64,000 bases of DNA from a bacterium (GTDB taxonomy: Bacteria > Bdellovibrionota_C > UBA2361 > RFPC01), in assembly GCA_030428205.1 (NCBI GenBank), contig JAUIBK010000001.1, forward strand, positions 199,966-263,965, read 5' to 3'. Shown in pieces: positions 1 through 9,943 of this stretch; within the stretch, counting starts at the first letter, position 1, and each line of letters opens with the position of its first letter. The notes beneath the pieces are model-generated. The model was not told the origin of the DNA, did not search any database, and saw only the letters and a program-made list of their open reading frames with translations. A program made the position numbers and the translations under genes.

Positions 1-2
1 AT

Positions 3-265
3 TTGCTGCGCAAATGAAGGGATTCGCAGTATTGTTTTGAAGGTTCGAATCCTGCTCCCCGCAGGGCTAAAGTTTTCCGGATAACAAAAGGATCAACCGG
101 CCCGGAGCGGCGAGCGCGAAAAACTGGTGGGAGCAGGATTTCTTTTGCGTTGCAAAAGAAAAGGATTCGCAGAGTTTCTGGATGTTCGAATCCTGCTCCC
201 CGTAGGGCCAAAGCTTTCCGGCCTCCCGATGAAAATAACCGGGCCGGAGTGCCGAACGCGAAAAC
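3..265. repeat. Two tandem ~150-nt degenerate repeat units; each ends in a copy of the 3' end of tRNA-Tyr, and the second unit runs into the intact tRNA-Tyr
   Basis: Segments 3-80 and 153-233 are about 80% identical (gcaaa.gaa..ggattcgcag...gttcgaatcctgctcccc g.agggc.aaag.tttccgg). The 3' parts are also similar (ccgg...cgcgaaaactggtgggagcagga), giving a truncated tggtgggagcaggatttc at 127-144. Confidence 0.6.
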
Positions 266-348
266 TGGTGGGAGCAGGATTCGAACCTGCGTACGCTTAC
301 GCGAGCAGATTTACAGTCTGCCTCCTTTAGCCACTCGGACATCCCACC
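266..348 (-). tRNA. tRNA-Tyr (anticodon GTA), long variable arm, CCA not encoded
   Basis: Reverse complement reads ggtggga...cagactGTAaatctg...gcaggttcgaatcctgc tcccacc a. Acceptor stem 7/7 bp, T-loop TTCGAAT, long variable arm typical of Tyr. Confidence 0.85.
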
Positions 349-551
349 ATATTAAGAAAAGCTCAGTTGAGCTTTTCTTAATATGGTGCCCTGAGCGAGC
401 AAAGCGAGTCGAAGGGCAGTCGCCTTCTATTCATTTGCCTCAGCTCAAGAACGATACACTCCGCAGGCGCTTTCAGAGAGAACTATAGTAGAGTCCTTCG
501 ACTCACTGCGTTCGCTCAGGACGCTCCATTTTTTTTGCAAAGCAAAAAAAA

Positions 552-628
<77 letters not shown>

Positions 629-702
629 TCGGAGATTTTTTGGCTATATTTTCTTGTTTGCAGTTTCGTATCATTCAGTCGTAAAGACTCAAACGAAACG
701 TA

Positions 703-775
703 AGCTGGCAGAGGGACTTGAACCCACAACCTACTGATTACAAATCAGTTGCTCTACCAGTTGAGCTATGCCAGC
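703..775 (-). tRNA. tRNA-Thr (anticodon TGT)
   Basis: Reverse complement reads gctggca ta gctc aactggt agagc a actga tTTGTaa tcagt ... gtggg ttcaagt ccctc tgccagc. Acceptor stem 7/7 bp. One T-stem mismatch by my reading. Confidence 0.75.
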
Positions 776-1244
776 ACTGAGCAATCAAGGTCTGAGATTA
801 TTACCCAAAAAGTACCCTGGTTTACAAGGGGGTGCGGGGAGAAATCTCGTAAAAAATATGTGCTGTCACTGTTTGCTCTTTGTGACGTGTTCTGCTACCT
901 TTCCACCCCACTGCGACAGAGCCTTGCCTACGTGTAGGGAAGTAGTCTGCCGAGTTCTTGTAAGTTCCTGGACTCGTGTGCTTTTTTCGTGAATGTAGTA
1001 AGCGACAAGCACGGTGTTAGACAGTCTCTGATTGGAGGAGCCGTTAGGCGAAAACGATAGAACTAGTTGATATTATTGATTAGTTTGTAAGGAGAGCCAC
1101 ATTGAAGAAGGAGTATAATCTTTCTTCATTTAGCTACTTTGTCGTTTTGCCCCGCCTTTTTCAGTCAATTCCTGCTTCCCCCGTTTTTGTTTCGCTACTT
1201 TCTGAAGAAGGAAGTGTTGTCCAGAACCTGTAGAGAGGAACCTT

Positions 1245-1451
1245 ATGGCGAGCAAAAAAGAAAAAGAATCGCATTCTGGTAAGGGCTTCTTGAATGAAAG
1301 CGTTGCTGAGCTCAAGAAAGTTTCTATCCCAACCAGAGCTGAAACGATTCAGGCAACGCTTGTCACACTTGTCATTATGACCTTTGTGGCGGTTTGCCTT
1401 ATGGTTCTCGATCTCATCTTTCGTACTTTGATGGATGCAGTGCTTGGCTAG
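1245..1451 (+). CDS. secE: preprotein translocase subunit SecE (short single-TM form)
   Basis: 68 aa with a C-terminal TM helix (LVTLVIMTFVAVCLMVLDLIF). Conserved position directly upstream of nusG-rplK. Confidence 0.85.
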   Translation: MASKKEKESHSGKGFLNESVAELKKVSIPTRAETIQATLVTLVIMTFVAVCLMVLDLIFRTLMDAVLG

Positions 1452-1516
1452 AGTGCCTGGTTAGATTGCTTAGAGAGTTCTCTTGTTTTATCGCAGTACT
1501 TTGAGCGTTAGTTGCT

Positions 1517-2557
1517 ATGACCGAAGAAGAAAATAAGATACAAGCCGCAGGTCAAACCGAAGAAGACGTTGCCACGGCACCGGCTTCTGTAAATGGTGAT
1601 GCCGCTGATAGTGATTCGTCGCACGCTTCTGCTGAAGTGGAGGCTGCAAGTGAACAAGCCTCATCGGATGCAGAAGAAGGCGATGCCGAAAAATCAACGG
1701 CTGGCACGATCGATCTTGCGGGTCTTGCTGAGAAAGCTGCTGAGAGCCAAAAGAAAGAAGATGTTGCGGTTGCGTTTGACCCGTTTACTGGAGAGGGTTC
1801 AAGAGACGCGGTTCGTGCTGATGAAGTTATTACTCGTTTCGATCCTAATGCGCTTGGAGAAGTCATTGAAGAGGATGAGCCTGAGCAAGTCGAAGCGAAG
1901 GAAGCGCCAGAGGCCACCGAAGAGGCAGCTGAGCAGGAAGATGAAACTGCAGCTGAAGAAGCGCAGCTTTCAGAAGAGCAAGAAGCTGCGGAAGAAGTTG
2001 AGCCCGAGCCTGAAAAAGAAGTTCACCCCGATGCTAAATGGTACGTTGTAAACGCCTACTCTGGATTTGAGTTAAAGGCGAAACGTTCACTCGAAGAGCG
2101 AATCCGTAATCACGAAATGGAAGAGCTCTTTGGTGAAGTGCGTGTTCCTGAAGAGACAGTTGTTGAGCTTGTTCGTGGTCAGAAGAAAACATCTACCCGC
2201 AAGTTCTTTCCGGGCTACATGCTTGTTCAGATGGTGATGAACCAGGACACTTGGCACCTTGTCAAAGAGACGCCAAAGATTACTGGCTTTATCGGAGACG
2301 AGTCTGACCCAGCACCACTTGGCCCTGATGAAGTTGCGCGTATCCTCCAGCAGGTAGAAGAGGGTGCTTCCTCGCCGAAGGCGAAGATGAGTTTTGAAGA
2401 AGGAGAGACGGTCAAAGTTATCGATGGTCCGTTCTCTGATTTTAACGGGACAGTAGAAGAGGTGAAGCCGGAGAAAGGCAAGCTCAAGGTGCTTATCAGC
2501 ATCTTTGGACGTGCAACTCCAGTGGAGCTCGATTTCATTCAAGTGGAGAAGTCTTAA
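1517..2557 (+). CDS. nusG: transcription termination/antitermination factor NusG with a ~170-aa acidic low-complexity N-terminal extension
   Basis: C-terminal 175 aa hold the NGN ([12 protein letters not shown]...) and KOW ([21 protein letters not shown]) motifs. N-terminal residues 1-170 are E/A/D-rich with no alternative in-frame start near the NGN domain. Confidence 0.9.
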   Translation: MTEEENKIQAAGQTEEDVATAPASVNGDAADSDSSHASAEVEAASEQASSDAEEGDAEKSTAGTIDLAGLAEKAAESQKKEDVAVAFDPFTGEGSRDAVRADEVITRFDPNALGEVIEEDEPEQVEAKEAPEATEEAAEQEDETAAEEAQLSEEQEAAEEVEPEPEKEVHPDAKWYVVNAYSGFELKAKRSLEERIRNHEMEELFGEVRVPEETVVELVRGQKKTSTRKFFPGYMLVQMVMNQDTWHLVKETPKITGFIGDESDPAPLGPDEVARILQQVEEGASSPKAKMSFEEGETVKVIDGPFSDFNGTVEEVKPEKGKLKVLISIFGRATPVELDFIQVEKS

Positions 2558-2558
2558 G

Positions 2559-2984
2559 ATGGCAAAAGAAGTAATGTCAGAAGTAAAGCTTCAGATCCCT
2601 GCTGGGCAGGCTAACCCTGCTCCGCCAATTGGCCCAGTGCTTGGCCAACACGGCGTTAACATCATGGATTTCTGTAAGCAATTCAATGCGCGTACACAGA
2701 AGAACAACGGCGAAGTCACACCGGTTATTCTTACGGTGTATAAGGATCGTTCGTTTAGTTTTATCTGCAAGGTGCCGCCGGTATCTTACCTCTTAAAGCA
2801 AGCGGCAAAGATCAAAAAAGGCTCCGGTGAGCCAAATACAAACAAGGTGGCTAAGATCACCAAAGCCCAGGTTCTCGAAATCGCTCAGAAGAAAATGCCA
2901 GACCTCAATGCTGCCAGCGAGGAAGCGGCATGCCGTATCGTTATGGGAACGGCGCGAAGTATGGGAATTGAGATTAGAGAGTAG
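2559..2984 (+). CDS. rplK: 50S ribosomal protein L11
   Basis: [36 protein letters not shown]... ATG follows 2 nt after the nusG stop. The ORF-track entry starting at 2505 is an upstream in-frame extension overlapping nusG. Confidence 0.93.
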   Translation: MAKEVMSEVKLQIPAGQANPAPPIGPVLGQHGVNIMDFCKQFNARTQKNNGEVTPVILTVYKDRSFSFICKVPPVSYLLKQAAKIKKGSGEPNTNKVAKITKAQVLEIAQKKMPDLNAASEEAACRIVMGTARSMGIEIRE

Positions 2985-3105
2985 GGATTATTTTTTGAGT
3001 GTCCCTTAGGGGGCATCAAGTGCTGTATGAGTGCGCAGCGCTTACCAAGAAGCCTCTTTCTTCAAGAATGATTGGCTGAGTAAGCGTTGTACCATGGAGA
3101 GTATG

Positions 3106-3792
3106 ATGGCAAAGAAAAGAATGAAAGCTCAGAGAGAGAAGGTAGACGCAAGTAAGACCTACGCGCTCTCTGAAGCGTGTCAAGTTGTCGTTGACACTGC
3201 CTCAGCGAAGTTCGACGAGACGGTAGATCTTGCTGTGAAGCTTGGAGTTGACCCACGTAAATCTGACCAGAATGTTCGTGGGAGTGTCTCGCTGCCACAC
3301 GGGCTTGGGAAAGAAGTTCGCGTCGTTGTTTTCGCTAAGGGCGAGAAGGCGAAAGAGGCCGAAGCTGCTGGAGCGGATCTCGTTGGCGCTGAGGATCTTG
3401 TTGAAAAGATCCAAGGTGGTTTCATGGATTTCGATAGCGTTGTCGCTACTCCAGACATGATGGCTCATGTCGGAAAGATCGGTAAGATCCTCGGACCCCG
3501 TGGTTTGATGCCATCTCCAAAAGTTGGAACGGTAACGTTTGATGTTGGTGACGCGGTTACAAGCATTAAAGCTGGTCGCGCTGAGTTTCGTGTAGAAAAA
3601 GCTGGTATTATTCATGCGCCAGTTGGCAAAGCTTCTTTTGGAGCTGATAAGCTCGAAGAGAACACCAATGCTCTTATTCAAGCACTAAACAAACTAAAGC
3701 CATCAACAAGCAAAGGGTTCTTTCTCAAAGCAGCTTATATGTCTGCAACGATGGGGCCGTCTGTAAAAATTGATGTTACTCCGCTTCGATAG
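3106..3792 (+). CDS. rplA: 50S ribosomal protein L1
   Basis: [19 protein letters not shown]...[15 protein letters not shown]... GGAG RBS upstream. The earlier ATGs at 3094 and 3103 are less consistent with L1 N-termini. Confidence 0.92.
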   Translation: MAKKRMKAQREKVDASKTYALSEACQVVVDTASAKFDETVDLAVKLGVDPRKSDQNVRGSVSLPHGLGKEVRVVVFAKGEKAKEAEAAGADLVGAEDLVEKIQGGFMDFDSVVATPDMMAHVGKIGKILGPRGLMPSPKVGTVTFDVGDAVTSIKAGRAEFRVEKAGIIHAPVGKASFGADKLEENTNALIQALNKLKPSTSKGFFLKAAYMSATMGPSVKIDVTPLR

Positions 3793-3830
3793 TGAGCTGA
3801 GTAAGTGAGGGAGAGATAAGGAGTTACATC

Positions 3831-4382
3831 ATGGCAATGACACGAACTGAAAAGAATAACGAAATTGATAAGCTGGCTGAGATCCTTTCGGGATCTGGCT
3901 CAGCGCTCTGTGTTGACTACCGTGGTCTTACCGCTGAAGAGATGGGAACTCTCAGAAGAGAGCTGCGTGGAAGTGGAGCACAGGGGTTAGTTGTAAAAAA
4001 CACTCTCGCAAAGCTCTCTATTGAGAAAGCTTTTGCAGAAGCTGCTGAAGAAGAGCGTGCAAAGCTCACTGAGATACTACAAGGCCCAAGCTTTGTTGTA
4101 TGCACAGGTGAAGATGCTGCTTCTCCAGCGAAAGTCCTTACCAAGTTTGCTAAGGACCACGATGATCTCGAGTTGAAGGGCGGTTGGTTTGAAGGTGGTT
4201 TCATTGATGTCAATGGCATCAAAGACCTCTCGAACTTGCCTAGCCGTGAAGAGCTTTACGCGAAACTATTGAGCTTGCTCCAAGCACCTGCGACCAAGTT
4301 GGTTCAGATGCTCAATGCGCCTGCTTCGAAAGTTGCCCAGACGTTGGAAGCTCATCGTGTAAACCTCGAGAAAGGGGAGTAA
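3831..4382 (+). CDS. rplJ: 50S ribosomal protein L10
   Basis: Typical L10 sequence and position between rplA and rplL. Confidence 0.92.
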   Translation: MAMTRTEKNNEIDKLAEILSGSGSALCVDYRGLTAEEMGTLRRELRGSGAQGLVVKNTLAKLSIEKAFAEAAEEERAKLTEILQGPSFVVCTGEDAASPAKVLTKFAKDHDDLELKGGWFEGGFIDVNGIKDLSNLPSREELYAKLLSLLQAPATKLVQMLNAPASKVAQTLEAHRVNLEKGE

Positions 4383-4512
4383 CCCGTTTTCTTTTGCTTG
4401 TACAAGAGCCTGTGAGCAAAGGAAGTATTTTTGATTTTTGGCTTTTTTCTTCTCTTTTTAATCATGAATGTTCGTGAGGAAGAGAGGAGGCGAAAATAAA
4501 GGAGTGATAAAA

Positions 4513-4896
4513 ATGAGCGTCTCTTATGAACAAGTGATTGAGTTCATTAAAGAAATGTCCCTCATGGACGCAGCAAAGATGGTTAAGGATCTCGAAGACG
4601 AGCTCGGCGTAACAGCAGCTGCCCCAATGGCAATGGTTGCTGGTGGTGCTGTAGCTGGTGGTGGCGCTGAAGCTGCTGAAGAGAAGACTGAGTTCGACCT
4701 CAGCCTTGACGATGCTGGTTCTGAGCGTGTGAAGGTCATTAAAGTGGTTCGTGGAATCACTGGTCTTGGACTCAAGGAAGCAAAAGACATTGTTGACTCA
4801 GCTCCAAAAGTTCTCAAAGAGGGAATCTCTAAGGACGAAGCTGAGGAATACAAGAAGCAGCTTGAAGAAGTTGGAGCGAAGGCTACTCTCAAGTAG
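4513..4896 (+). CDS. rplL: 50S ribosomal protein L7/L12
   Basis: [33 protein letters not shown]...[48 protein letters not shown] before the ATG at 4513. Confidence 0.93.
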   Translation: MSVSYEQVIEFIKEMSLMDAAKMVKDLEDELGVTAAAPMAMVAGGAVAGGGAEAAEEKTEFDLSLDDAGSERVKVIKVVRGITGLGLKEAKDIVDSAPKVLKEGISKDEAEEYKKQLEEVGAKATLK

Positions 4897-4907
4897 AGTG
4901 TCTTTGT

Positions 4908-4936
4908 GCTACTTAGCTTTGGCTAAGTGCTTTTGG
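4908..4936 (+). terminator. weak hairpin plus U-run (putative rplL-rpoB attenuator)
   Basis: acttagc-tttg-gctaagt followed by gcttttgg. Position matches the known rplL-rpoB attenuator in other bacteria. Confidence 0.35.
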
Positions 4937-5379
4937 CCTGTCATTTCGGCTAGTTACTTACGCGTAAGCGCAGTTTAGTTGAGGTGGCGGGCCTTAGTCT
5001 TCCTTCATTCCTCTCTGAGTGTAGCCGTCCTTTGCTTAGGATTCTGCAGCTGTAGAGGGAAAAAGGAAGCGAGTTGTTCTTCTGGTTTTGGGTGATGGAT
5101 CTGGTGGCCTGATTGGTCTAGCAGATTGGTCTAGCAGACGGTCTAACCTAGTTTCTTTGCCCAAAGTGTTGCCAGGAATATGTTTTTAAGCTTATAAATA
5201 GGGCGCGTGGCTTTAACTACCTGTTCCTAATATACAAAGTTCCCCTTTACGGGATCGCGTAATGGTTCTTACGGAAAAAAATTTCGTCAGTACCAGCGAT
5301 AACCCGAAGGGGTTGTTGTGCTTCGGTTTTCGTAAACATACCTAACCACATTTATAACGCATTCGACAAGAAAGAAGTT

Positions 5380-8300
5380 ATGGCAAGAAAAATCAAGAGT
5401 AACCTTCGTCTCCGCCGCAACTATTCAAAAATTGAAGAGGTTGCAGAGATTCCCCATCTCGTTGCCATTCAAAAAGAATCATACGAGCGTTTTCTCCAAG
5501 CCGATGTTGAGCCAGAAAAGCGAGAAGAGATCGGCCTCGAAAAAGTTTTCAAATCTGTTTTTCCTATTTCAGATTACAACAACACTTCCACTCTAGAGTA
5601 CGTTTCGTACACGCTCGGTAAGCCGAAGTATGACGTAGATGAGTGTCGTGATCGTGGCATGACTTGGGCAGCGCCCCTTCGTGTAACGATTCAACTTGTT
5701 CTCTGGGATGTTGATCCTGACAGTGGCGCGCGAACATTGAGTGCACTGAAAGAAGACGTTGTGTATTTTGGTGAAATCCCTTTGATGACAGAGAAGGGAA
5801 CGTTCCTTATTAACGGAACAGAGCGTGTTATCGTGAGCCAACTTCACCGTTCTCCAGGTGTCTTCTTTGCGCATGATGACGGAAAGAGCCACGTTTCCGG
5901 GAAGCTTCTCTATAGCGCCCGTGTGATTCCTTACCGTGGCTCATGGATCGATCTTGAATTTGATATTAAAGACATTTTACACGTTCGTATCGACCGTCGC
6001 CGTAAGCTTAACGTAACGGTTCTGCTCCGTGCGCTTGGGTATGGCAGCGATGACATCCTTGAGATGTTCTACAATACGGACACTATTAACTTCGGTAAGC
6101 GAGGGCTGGTAACAAAGGAATTTGTTGCCTCTCAGCTCGAAGGACAAAAAGCCTATAAAGAGATTAAGTCCGGCTCAAAAGTCCTCTGTAAAAAGTCTGG
6201 TAAGTTTAACCGTGCTGTTATCCGCCGCATGAAAGAGGCGGGAATTACAAACATCGAAATCGATCCTGAATCACTCTCAGGAATGGTTGTTGCCGATACC
6301 GTTCTTCAAGCTGAAGAGGATGTTGTTCACCCTGAAACCGGTGAGATTATCGCCGACTCTGGTGAGCTTCTGATTGGCTGGGATGTGATTAAAGAGCGGT
6401 TTGGTGAAATCGTTGAAAACTTCCCCGAAGACAAAATTCGTGAACTCTTCGAAGATGTCGAAGTTCTGATCTACGCTGGTGAAGAACTCACACCTGATAA
6501 GGTAAACGCTAAAGGCGAAGTGGTTGAGCAGGGAACACTCTCTCTTCTTCAAAGCCAAGGTGTTGAACATCTCCGTGTGCTTTATCTTGAAGATAATCAC
6601 ATTGGCGACGCTCTTCTGAAGACTCTCCTCACTGATAAGATGGATCCTGAGCGTGAAGACATTTACGCGCGTCTTGCAGGCTTTCCAACAACAGAGAGCT
6701 TGATAGAGATTTACCGTCGCCTTCGACCAGGAGATCCACCACGTCCTGAAACAGCGGCAGCTACATTTAAGAACCTCTTCTTTAATGCAGACCGATACGA
6801 TCTCTCTGATATCGGCCGCTATAAGATGAATCACAAGCTGTACGTCTCTCAAGGAAAAGAGGCGCCTTCCCTTGAGCAAGGGGTGCTTTCTGAGGGGGAT
6901 ATCGTCGAAACCGTTCGCTACCTCCTTAACCTCCGTAACGGAACAGATCCTGTTCGATACTCTATTGATGATATCGATCACCTCGGTAACCGTCGTGTGC
7001 GTGCTGTTGGTGAGCTGATTGAGAACCAATTCCGAATCGGTCTCGTTCGTATGGAGCGTGCTGTTAAAGAGCGTATGGGGATGCAAGATGTCGAAACGCT
7101 TGTTCCACAAGACCTTATTAACTACAAGCCGGTTGCTGCCGTCGTGAAAGAGTTCTACGGCTCGTCGCAACTTTCTCAGTTTATGGATCAAACCAACCCT
7201 CTCTCAGAGATCACGCACAAGCGTCGTCTCTCTGCGCTTGGGCCTGGAGGTTTGACCCGTGATCGTGCTGGTTTTGAGGTACGTGACGTTAACCCAACTC
7301 ACTACGGTCGTATCTGTCCGATTGAAACTCCTGAAGGACCAAACATCGGTCTTATTTCCTCGCTTGCTGTGTATGCGCGTGTGAACGAGTTTGGGTTTCT
7401 TGAGACTCCTTACCGTGTCATCGATAACGATAGCAAAGTAACAGGTGATGTTGTTTACCTCTCAGCACTTGAAGAAGAACAAGAGACCATTGCTCAAGCG
7501 AGTGCTGAAGTAGCTGATGATCAATCGTTTGCCTCAAATGCTATCTCAGCTCGTGCGAAGGGAGAATATATCTTGGCTGCTCCAGACGGGGTTACCAAAA
7601 TGGACGTCAGCCCGAAGCAGATTGTGTCTGTTGCTGCTGCGCTGATTCCTTTCCTTGAGAATGATGATGCGAACCGTGCCCTGATGGGATCGAACATGCA
7701 ACGCCAAGCTGTTCCGTGTCTCCGTACACAAGCTCCGCTTGTTGGAACGGGAATGGAGCAAACTGTTGCTCGTGATTCTGGAGCCACGGTCGTTACGAAG
7801 CGTTCTGGTAAGGTCGTTTCAGTTGATTCAGAGCGTATCGTTGTTCGTGCTGATAAGACGACGGACGATCCTCTCGATACCGGTGTTGATATTTACAACC
7901 TCGTTAAATACCGACGTTCAAACCAAGATACGTGTATTAACCAACGGCCTATTATCGCTCCTGGTGAAAAAGTCACTGCTGGAGAGATCATCGCCGATGG
8001 ACCTAGCACGGAGATGGGTGAACTTGCTCTCGGTCAAAATGTTGTTGTCGCCTTTATGCCGTGGCACGGATACAACTTTGAGGATTCGATTCTCATCAAC
8101 GAAAACTTGGTGAAAAACGATATCTTCACCTCTATCCACGTTGAGTCTTTCGAGGCTGTTGCTCGTGATACGAAGCTCGGAAAAGAAGAGATTACACGTG
8201 ATATTCCAAACATCGGTGAAGACGCACTAAGCGATCTCGATGAGTCTGGAATTATCCGCATCGGTGCGGAGGTGAGCCCTGGTGACATTCTCGTTGGAAA

Positions 8301-9858
8301 AATTACTCCAAAGAGTGAAACCCAGCTCAGCCCTGAAGAAAAACTCCTCCGTGCAATCTTCGGTGAAAAAGCTGGAGAGGTGCGCGACACCTCACTCAAG
8401 CTCCCTCCGGGTGTTGAAGGAACGGTTATCGCAACTCAAGTTTTCTCACGTAAAGGAACGGAGAAAGATGAGCGTGCGATGCAAATCGAGAAGCGTAATC
8501 TCGCTCGACTCGAGCAGGACTACCGCGATGAGATCTTCATCATTCGTGACGCAGCATTTAAAGAAGTCAATGAGCTTCTTGGTGGGAAGCAAACTTCTGC
8601 TCGACTCGTTGACGAGAATCGTTCAGAGCTTATCGCGAAAGGTGCATCACTCACCTTAGAAATGCTCAAAGATGTTCCATTTGAATATCTCCGAGATATC
8701 CAAATCGGTGACGAGACAGTGCAAGAACGTGTAAATCAGATCGTTGTTCGAACTGGCCAGCTTATGAACAGTAAGCGTGCTGTGCTCAATGAAAAGATTA
8801 ACCGCCTCAAAGAGGGTGACGAACTTGCTCCTGGTGTCATTAAGATGGTTAAGGTCTTTGTCGCCATTAAGCGTAAGATTCAGGTGGGTGATAAGCTCGC
8901 TGGACGCCACGGAAACAAAGGTGTTCTTTCTAAGATCGTCCCACAAGAAGATATGCCATATCTTCCTGACGGAACTCCGGTTGACATCGTGTTGAACCCA
9001 CTTGGGGTACCTTCACGTATGAACATCGGACAGATCCTTGAGACTCACCTCGGTTGGGCCGCGCACAATATCGGAAAAGTGGTTCGTGAGCGTCTCGATA
9101 CAGTTATCGATCCAATGACTGGAGCTGCCAGAAAAGGAAGCACTGCGGATGAGCGCAAAGAAGTAGCGCAATTCCTCCGTGGCCTCTTTACACAAGCTCT
9201 TGCTGAGCCTGAAAAGATTGCTTTCATCGAAAAGCTCTCTGAAGACGGCCTGATCGAGTTTGCTCGTCGTGAGATGGACGGAGTTCACTTTGCTACTCCA
9301 GTTTTTGACGCAGCGAGTGAAGGCGAAATTGAGCAGATGCTTGAGCTCTGTGGTCAAGAAGCGAGTGGTCAGGTGGATCTCATTGATGGTCGTACTGGCA
9401 AGCAGTTTGAAGAGAAGGTTACGGTTGGGGTGATGTATATCCTTAAGCTCAACCACCTTGTTGATGACAAGATTCACGCACGTTCGATTGGACCATACTC
9501 TCTTGTGACGCAACAACCACTCGGCGGTAAAGCGCAGTTTGGTGGTCAACGTCTCGGTGAGATGGAGGTGTGGGCGCTTGAAGCATACGGTGCTGCGTAC
9601 AGCCTCCAGGAATTCCTTACTGTCAAATCTGATGACGTAACAGGTCGTACGCGTATGTACGAGTCGATCGTCAAAGGAGAGCACGTGCTTGAGCCAGGTC
9701 TTCCTGAGTCCTTTAACGTTATGGTCAAAGAGCTTCAAGCTCTCGGGCTTGATGTTGAGCTCGTTGAAGAACGAGATGAAGAGGACGAAGAGGACGGTGA
9801 ACTTACAGAGCCTGTCCCAACCGTTATCGGTGGCGACGGTGCAGCGAGTGCTTCGTAA
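5380..9858 (+). CDS. rpoB: DNA-directed RNA polymerase subunit beta (1492 aa, with lineage-specific insertions and an acidic C-terminal tail)
   Basis: Conserved RpoB blocks: [33 protein letters not shown], rifampicin cluster region, NMQRQAVP, the C-terminal catalytic motifs. Confidence 0.97.
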   Translation: MARKIKSNLRLRRNYSKIEEVAEIPHLVAIQKESYERFLQADVEPEKREEIGLEKVFKSVFPISDYNNTSTLEYVSYTLGKPKYDVDECRDRGMTWAAPLRVTIQLVLWDVDPDSGARTLSALKEDVVYFGEIPLMTEKGTFLINGTERVIVSQLHRSPGVFFAHDDGKSHVSGKLLYSARVIPYRGSWIDLEFDIKDILHVRIDRRRKLNVTVLLRALGYGSDDILEMFYNTDTINFGKRGLVTKEFVASQLEGQKAYKEIKSGSKVLCKKSGKFNRAVIRRMKEAGITNIEIDPESLSGMVVADTVLQAEEDVVHPETGEIIADSGELLIGWDVIKERFGEIVENFPEDKIRELFEDVEVLIYAGEELTPDKVNAKGEVVEQGTLSLLQSQGVEHLRVLYLEDNHIGDALLKTLLTDKMDPEREDIYARLAGFPTTESLIEIYRRLRPGDPPRPETAAATFKNLFFNADRYDLSDIGRYKMNHKLYVSQGKEAPSLEQGVLSEGDIVETVRYLLNLRNGTDPVRYSIDDIDHLGNRRVRAVGELIENQFRIGLVRMERAVKERMGMQDVETLVPQDLINYKPVAAVVKEFYGSSQLSQFMDQTNPLSEITHKRRLSALGPGGLTRDRAGFEVRDVNPTHYGRICPIETPEGPNIGLISSLAVYARVNEFGFLETPYRVIDNDSKVTGDVVYLSALEEEQETIAQASAEVADDQSFASNAISARAKGEYILAAPDGVTKMDVSPKQIVSVAAALIPFLENDDANRALMGSNMQRQAVPCLRTQAPLVGTGMEQTVARDSGATVVTKRSGKVVSVDSERIVVRADKTTDDPLDTGVDIYNLVKYRRSNQDTCINQRPIIAPGEKVTAGEIIADGPSTEMGELALGQNVVVAFMPWHGYNFEDSILINENLVKNDIFTSIHVESFEAVARDTKLGKEEITRDIPNIGEDALSDLDESGIIRIGAEVSPGDILVGKITPKSETQLSPEEKLLRAIFGEKAGEVRDTSLKLPPGVEGTVIATQVFSRKGTEKDERAMQIEKRNLARLEQDYRDEIFIIRDAAFKEVNELLGGKQTSARLVDENRSELIAKGASLTLEMLKDVPFEYLRDIQIGDETVQERVNQIVVRTGQLMNSKRAVLNEKINRLKEGDELAPGVIKMVKVFVAIKRKIQVGDKLAGRHGNKGVLSKIVPQEDMPYLPDGTPVDIVLNPLGVPSRMNIGQILETHLGWAAHNIGKVVRERLDTVIDPMTGAARKGSTADERKEVAQFLRGLFTQALAEPEKIAFIEKLSEDGLIEFARREMDGVHFATPVFDAASEGEIEQMLELCGQEASGQVDLIDGRTGKQFEEKVTVGVMYILKLNHLVDDKIHARSIGPYSLVTQQPLGGKAQFGGQRLGEMEVWALEAYGAAYSLQEFLTVKSDDVTGRTRMYESIVKGEHVLEPGLPESFNVMVKELQALGLDVELVEERDEEDEEDGELTEPVPTVIGGDGAASAS

Positions 9859-9943
9859 CTGAGTGTGTTGCGGGGGCTGTAGGGCCTCCGCTCGATTTTA
9901 AGTTTGTGATTCATTTTTAGATTATAACCAACGGAAAGGCACT

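Noticed and set aside
351-382. Perfect 15-bp hairpin attaagaaaagctca-gt-tgagcttttcttaat between tRNA-Tyr and tRNA-Gly
   Set aside because: It could be a tRNA-processing hairpin or terminator, but it lacks a flanking U-run on either strand and sits inside a probable polycistronic tRNA transcript. It is noted but not called.
150-488. ORFs of 67-112 aa overlapping the tRNA-Tyr and tRNA repeats (67-342, 127-330, 150-488)
   Set aside because: They overlap tRNA genes and tRNA-derived repeats. They have no coding periodicity and their composition is driven by tRNA structure.
1593-2051. 152-aa Lys/Arg-rich ORF in an alternative frame over the nusG acidic extension
   Set aside because: It is the +1 frame of the GAA/GCT-rich repeat region, where GAAGAA reads as AAG AAG. 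The nusG frame continues into a conserved NusG core, so this is a frame artefact.
2985-3105. Possible L1-binding autoregulatory mRNA structure between rplK and rplA
   Set aside because: A GGGA...UCCC-like stem is present (gggattattttttgagtgtccc), but I cannot match it convincingly to the L1 23S-rRNA-mimic consensus without a covariance model, so it is not reported as a feature.
5111-5151. Possible CRISPR array
   Set aside because: There are only three short (13-nt) contiguous repeats without spacers. No cas genes or regularly spaced repeat-spacer units occur anywhere in the window.
6277-7191. 304-aa ORF on the minus strand inside rpoB, and similar antisense ORFs at 9013-9738, 10427-11353, 12191-12667, 12749-13201 and 20129-20776
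   Set aside because: They lie entirely antisense within highly conserved rpoB, rpoC or EF-G coding sequence. They are low-complexity translations with no RBS or start context. They are typical shadow ORFs.
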